Shown piece after piece: positions 39,674-41,013 of a stretch of DNA of 41,013 nt (positions are counted from its first letter, which is position 1; each line of letters opens with the position of its first letter). The translations under genes and the position numbers were made by a program. The DNA lies in the NCBI GenBank assembly GCA_038216845.1, contig JBBQPW010000001.1:1-41013 (forward strand), written 5' to 3'. The notes beneath the pieces are model-generated. The model was given only the letters and a program-made list of their open reading frames with translations, was not told the DNA's origin and did not search any database. Origin of the DNA: Gaiellales bacterium (GTDB lineage Bacteria > Actinomycetota > Thermoleophilia > Gaiellales > Gaiellaceae).

Positions 39674-41013
39674 GGCTGCGCGGCGGTATACGCGTCCGGC
39701 TTGCTGTCGGGCTCCTCGTCGTGGTGTGCGGTGCGCTTCTCGCGGCCTACCTGATCGTTGTTCCGTCGCTCGAGAAACGGCTTGTCGATGCCAAAGTTGC
39801 CGAGTTACAACGCAACGCTGTCACGCTCGCGGCTGGATATGCGACGCACGACTTCAGGGATCCGCTGAGCCTCGACGACTTCGCGAAGAGCGCGGCCTTC
39901 ACCTTCGACGCGCGCGTCTCGATCTTCGAGGTGATCGGTCCTCCGGTTGGGCTCAGCTCGCTCGCCGACTCCGCCGATGTCGGAATTGCAGCCATGGCGC
40001 GAGACTCGGTTGCTCTCGCGACTGCAAGGGACGCGCGCGTCAGTCGCGGCCGGGTCGAGCGATCCGGTCGCGAATATGCAGAGGTCGCGTTTCCGCTGGG
40101 GGCCTCCGGTCGTGTCCTCCTGCTCTCTGCGTCGCTCGGCGATCAGCTCTCGACCGTCCGTCTCGTCCAGCGGCGGCTCCTGTACGCAACGCTGGCCGCG
40201 TTCCTGATCGCGTTGGCCCTCGGGAGCGCCGCTGCGGCCTCGCATGCGCGACGCATCCGCCGGCTCGAGCAGGCCGCCGAGCGCATCGCCGAAGGCGCCT
40301 TCGACGAGCCGGTGCTCGATTCTGGCGACGATGAGCTCGGCGAGTTGGCGCGAACCTTCGACCGCATGCGGATTCAGCTCGCGCAGCTCGATTCGGCGCG
40401 GCGAGCGTTCGTGGCACATGCCTCACACGAGCTTCGAACCCCGCTCTTTGCGCTTGGCGGGTTTCTCGAGCTTCTGGAGGACGAGGAACTCGACGAGGAG
40501 ACAAGGCGGAGCTTCGTCGCGACGATGCACGAGCAGGTGCAGCGCCTCACCAAGCTGACGACCGATCTCCTCGACCTGTCGCGCATCGACGCCGGCGGGA
40601 TGAGAGTGGAGCGCGAGGACGTCAGTGTTGCCGAGGTCGCCCGGACGGTCGTCGACGAGCTGCGCGGGCTCGCCGAGGGCCGAGAGCAACAGCTGGAGCT
40701 CGACGCGGCCGACGTCTGGGCCGTAGGCGATGAAGAACGAATCCTGCAGATCGCGAGAGCGCTTGTCGGCAATGCGCTTCTGCACACGGGGCCCGGAGCG
40801 CGGATCACGGTCCGAACGAGCCCCGGGGCGGGTGTCGCGCGCCTCGAGGTGGAGGATGAGGGAGGTGGGATTCCGGACACGGAGCTGCGGCGTATCTTCG
40901 AGCGCTTCTACCGGGTCGAGGAGGGACGGGCGTCGGGCAGCGGGCTCGGGCTTGCGATTGCACGCGAGCTCGCCGAGCGGATGGGTGGCAGCGTTCGGGT
41001 CAGCTCCCGACCA
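39670..41013 (+). CDS. HAMP-domain sensor histidine kinase (truncated by the window end)
   Basis: Not in the ORF track. Manual translation from GTG at 39670 gives two TMs, HAMP (DELGELARTFDRM), ASHELRTPL, NALLH, DEGGGI, FERFYR, GSGLGLAI. Confidence 0.94.
   Translation, partial: MRLRGGIRVRLAVGLLVVVCGALLAAYLIVVPSLEKRLVDAKVAELQRNAVTLAAGYATHDFRDPLSLDDFAKSAAFTFDARVSIFEVIGPPVGLSSLADSADVGIAAMARDSVALATARDARVSRGRVERSGREYAEVAFPLGASGRVLLLSASLGDQLSTVRLVQRRLLYATLAAFLIALALGSAAAASHARRIRRLEQAAERIAEGAFDEPVLDSGDDELGELARTFDRMRIQLAQLDSARRAFVAHASHELRTPLFALGGFLELLEDEELDEETRRSFVATMHEQVQRLTKLTTDLLDLSRIDAGGMRVEREDVSVAEVARTVVDELRGLAEGREQQLELDAADVWAVGDEERILQIARALVGNALLHTGPGARITVRTSPGAGVARLEVEDEGGGIPDTELRRIFERFYRVEEGRASGSGLGLAIARELAERMGGSVRVSSRP

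Overview
High-GC bacterial chromosome segment centred on the replication origin. Gene content and order suggest a deep-branching actinobacterium, probably Thermoleophilia/Gaiellales; this is inference. From left to right it contains: accA (partial) and accD; two divergent GNATs; a fabZ-fabH-fabD-fabG-fabF operon; a secreted amidase; nfeD-stomatin; gyrA-gyrB-dciA-recF-dnaN-oriC-dnaA; rpmH-rnpA-yidD-yidC-jag-rsmG-parA-parB; tRNA-Ile; DUF151; a cell-envelope glycosylation cluster (three probable GT-C enzymes, GT2, GT4, class A PBP, CPBP protease); moeA; a catalytically degenerate M28-fold membrane protein; and an OmpR-family two-component pair whose kinase is truncated at the window end. I saw no mobile elements or CRISPR. 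The most notable signals are the degenerate M28/Gaa1-like protein near PIG-V-like and other GT-C genes, gyrase with quinolone-resistance-type residues and a long GyrB insert, a recF apparently starting at CTG, pervasive leaderless promoter architecture, a recognisable oriC unwinding module, and 11-bp-period repeats upstream of nfeD. Family calls come from motif recognition by eye, not database searches.
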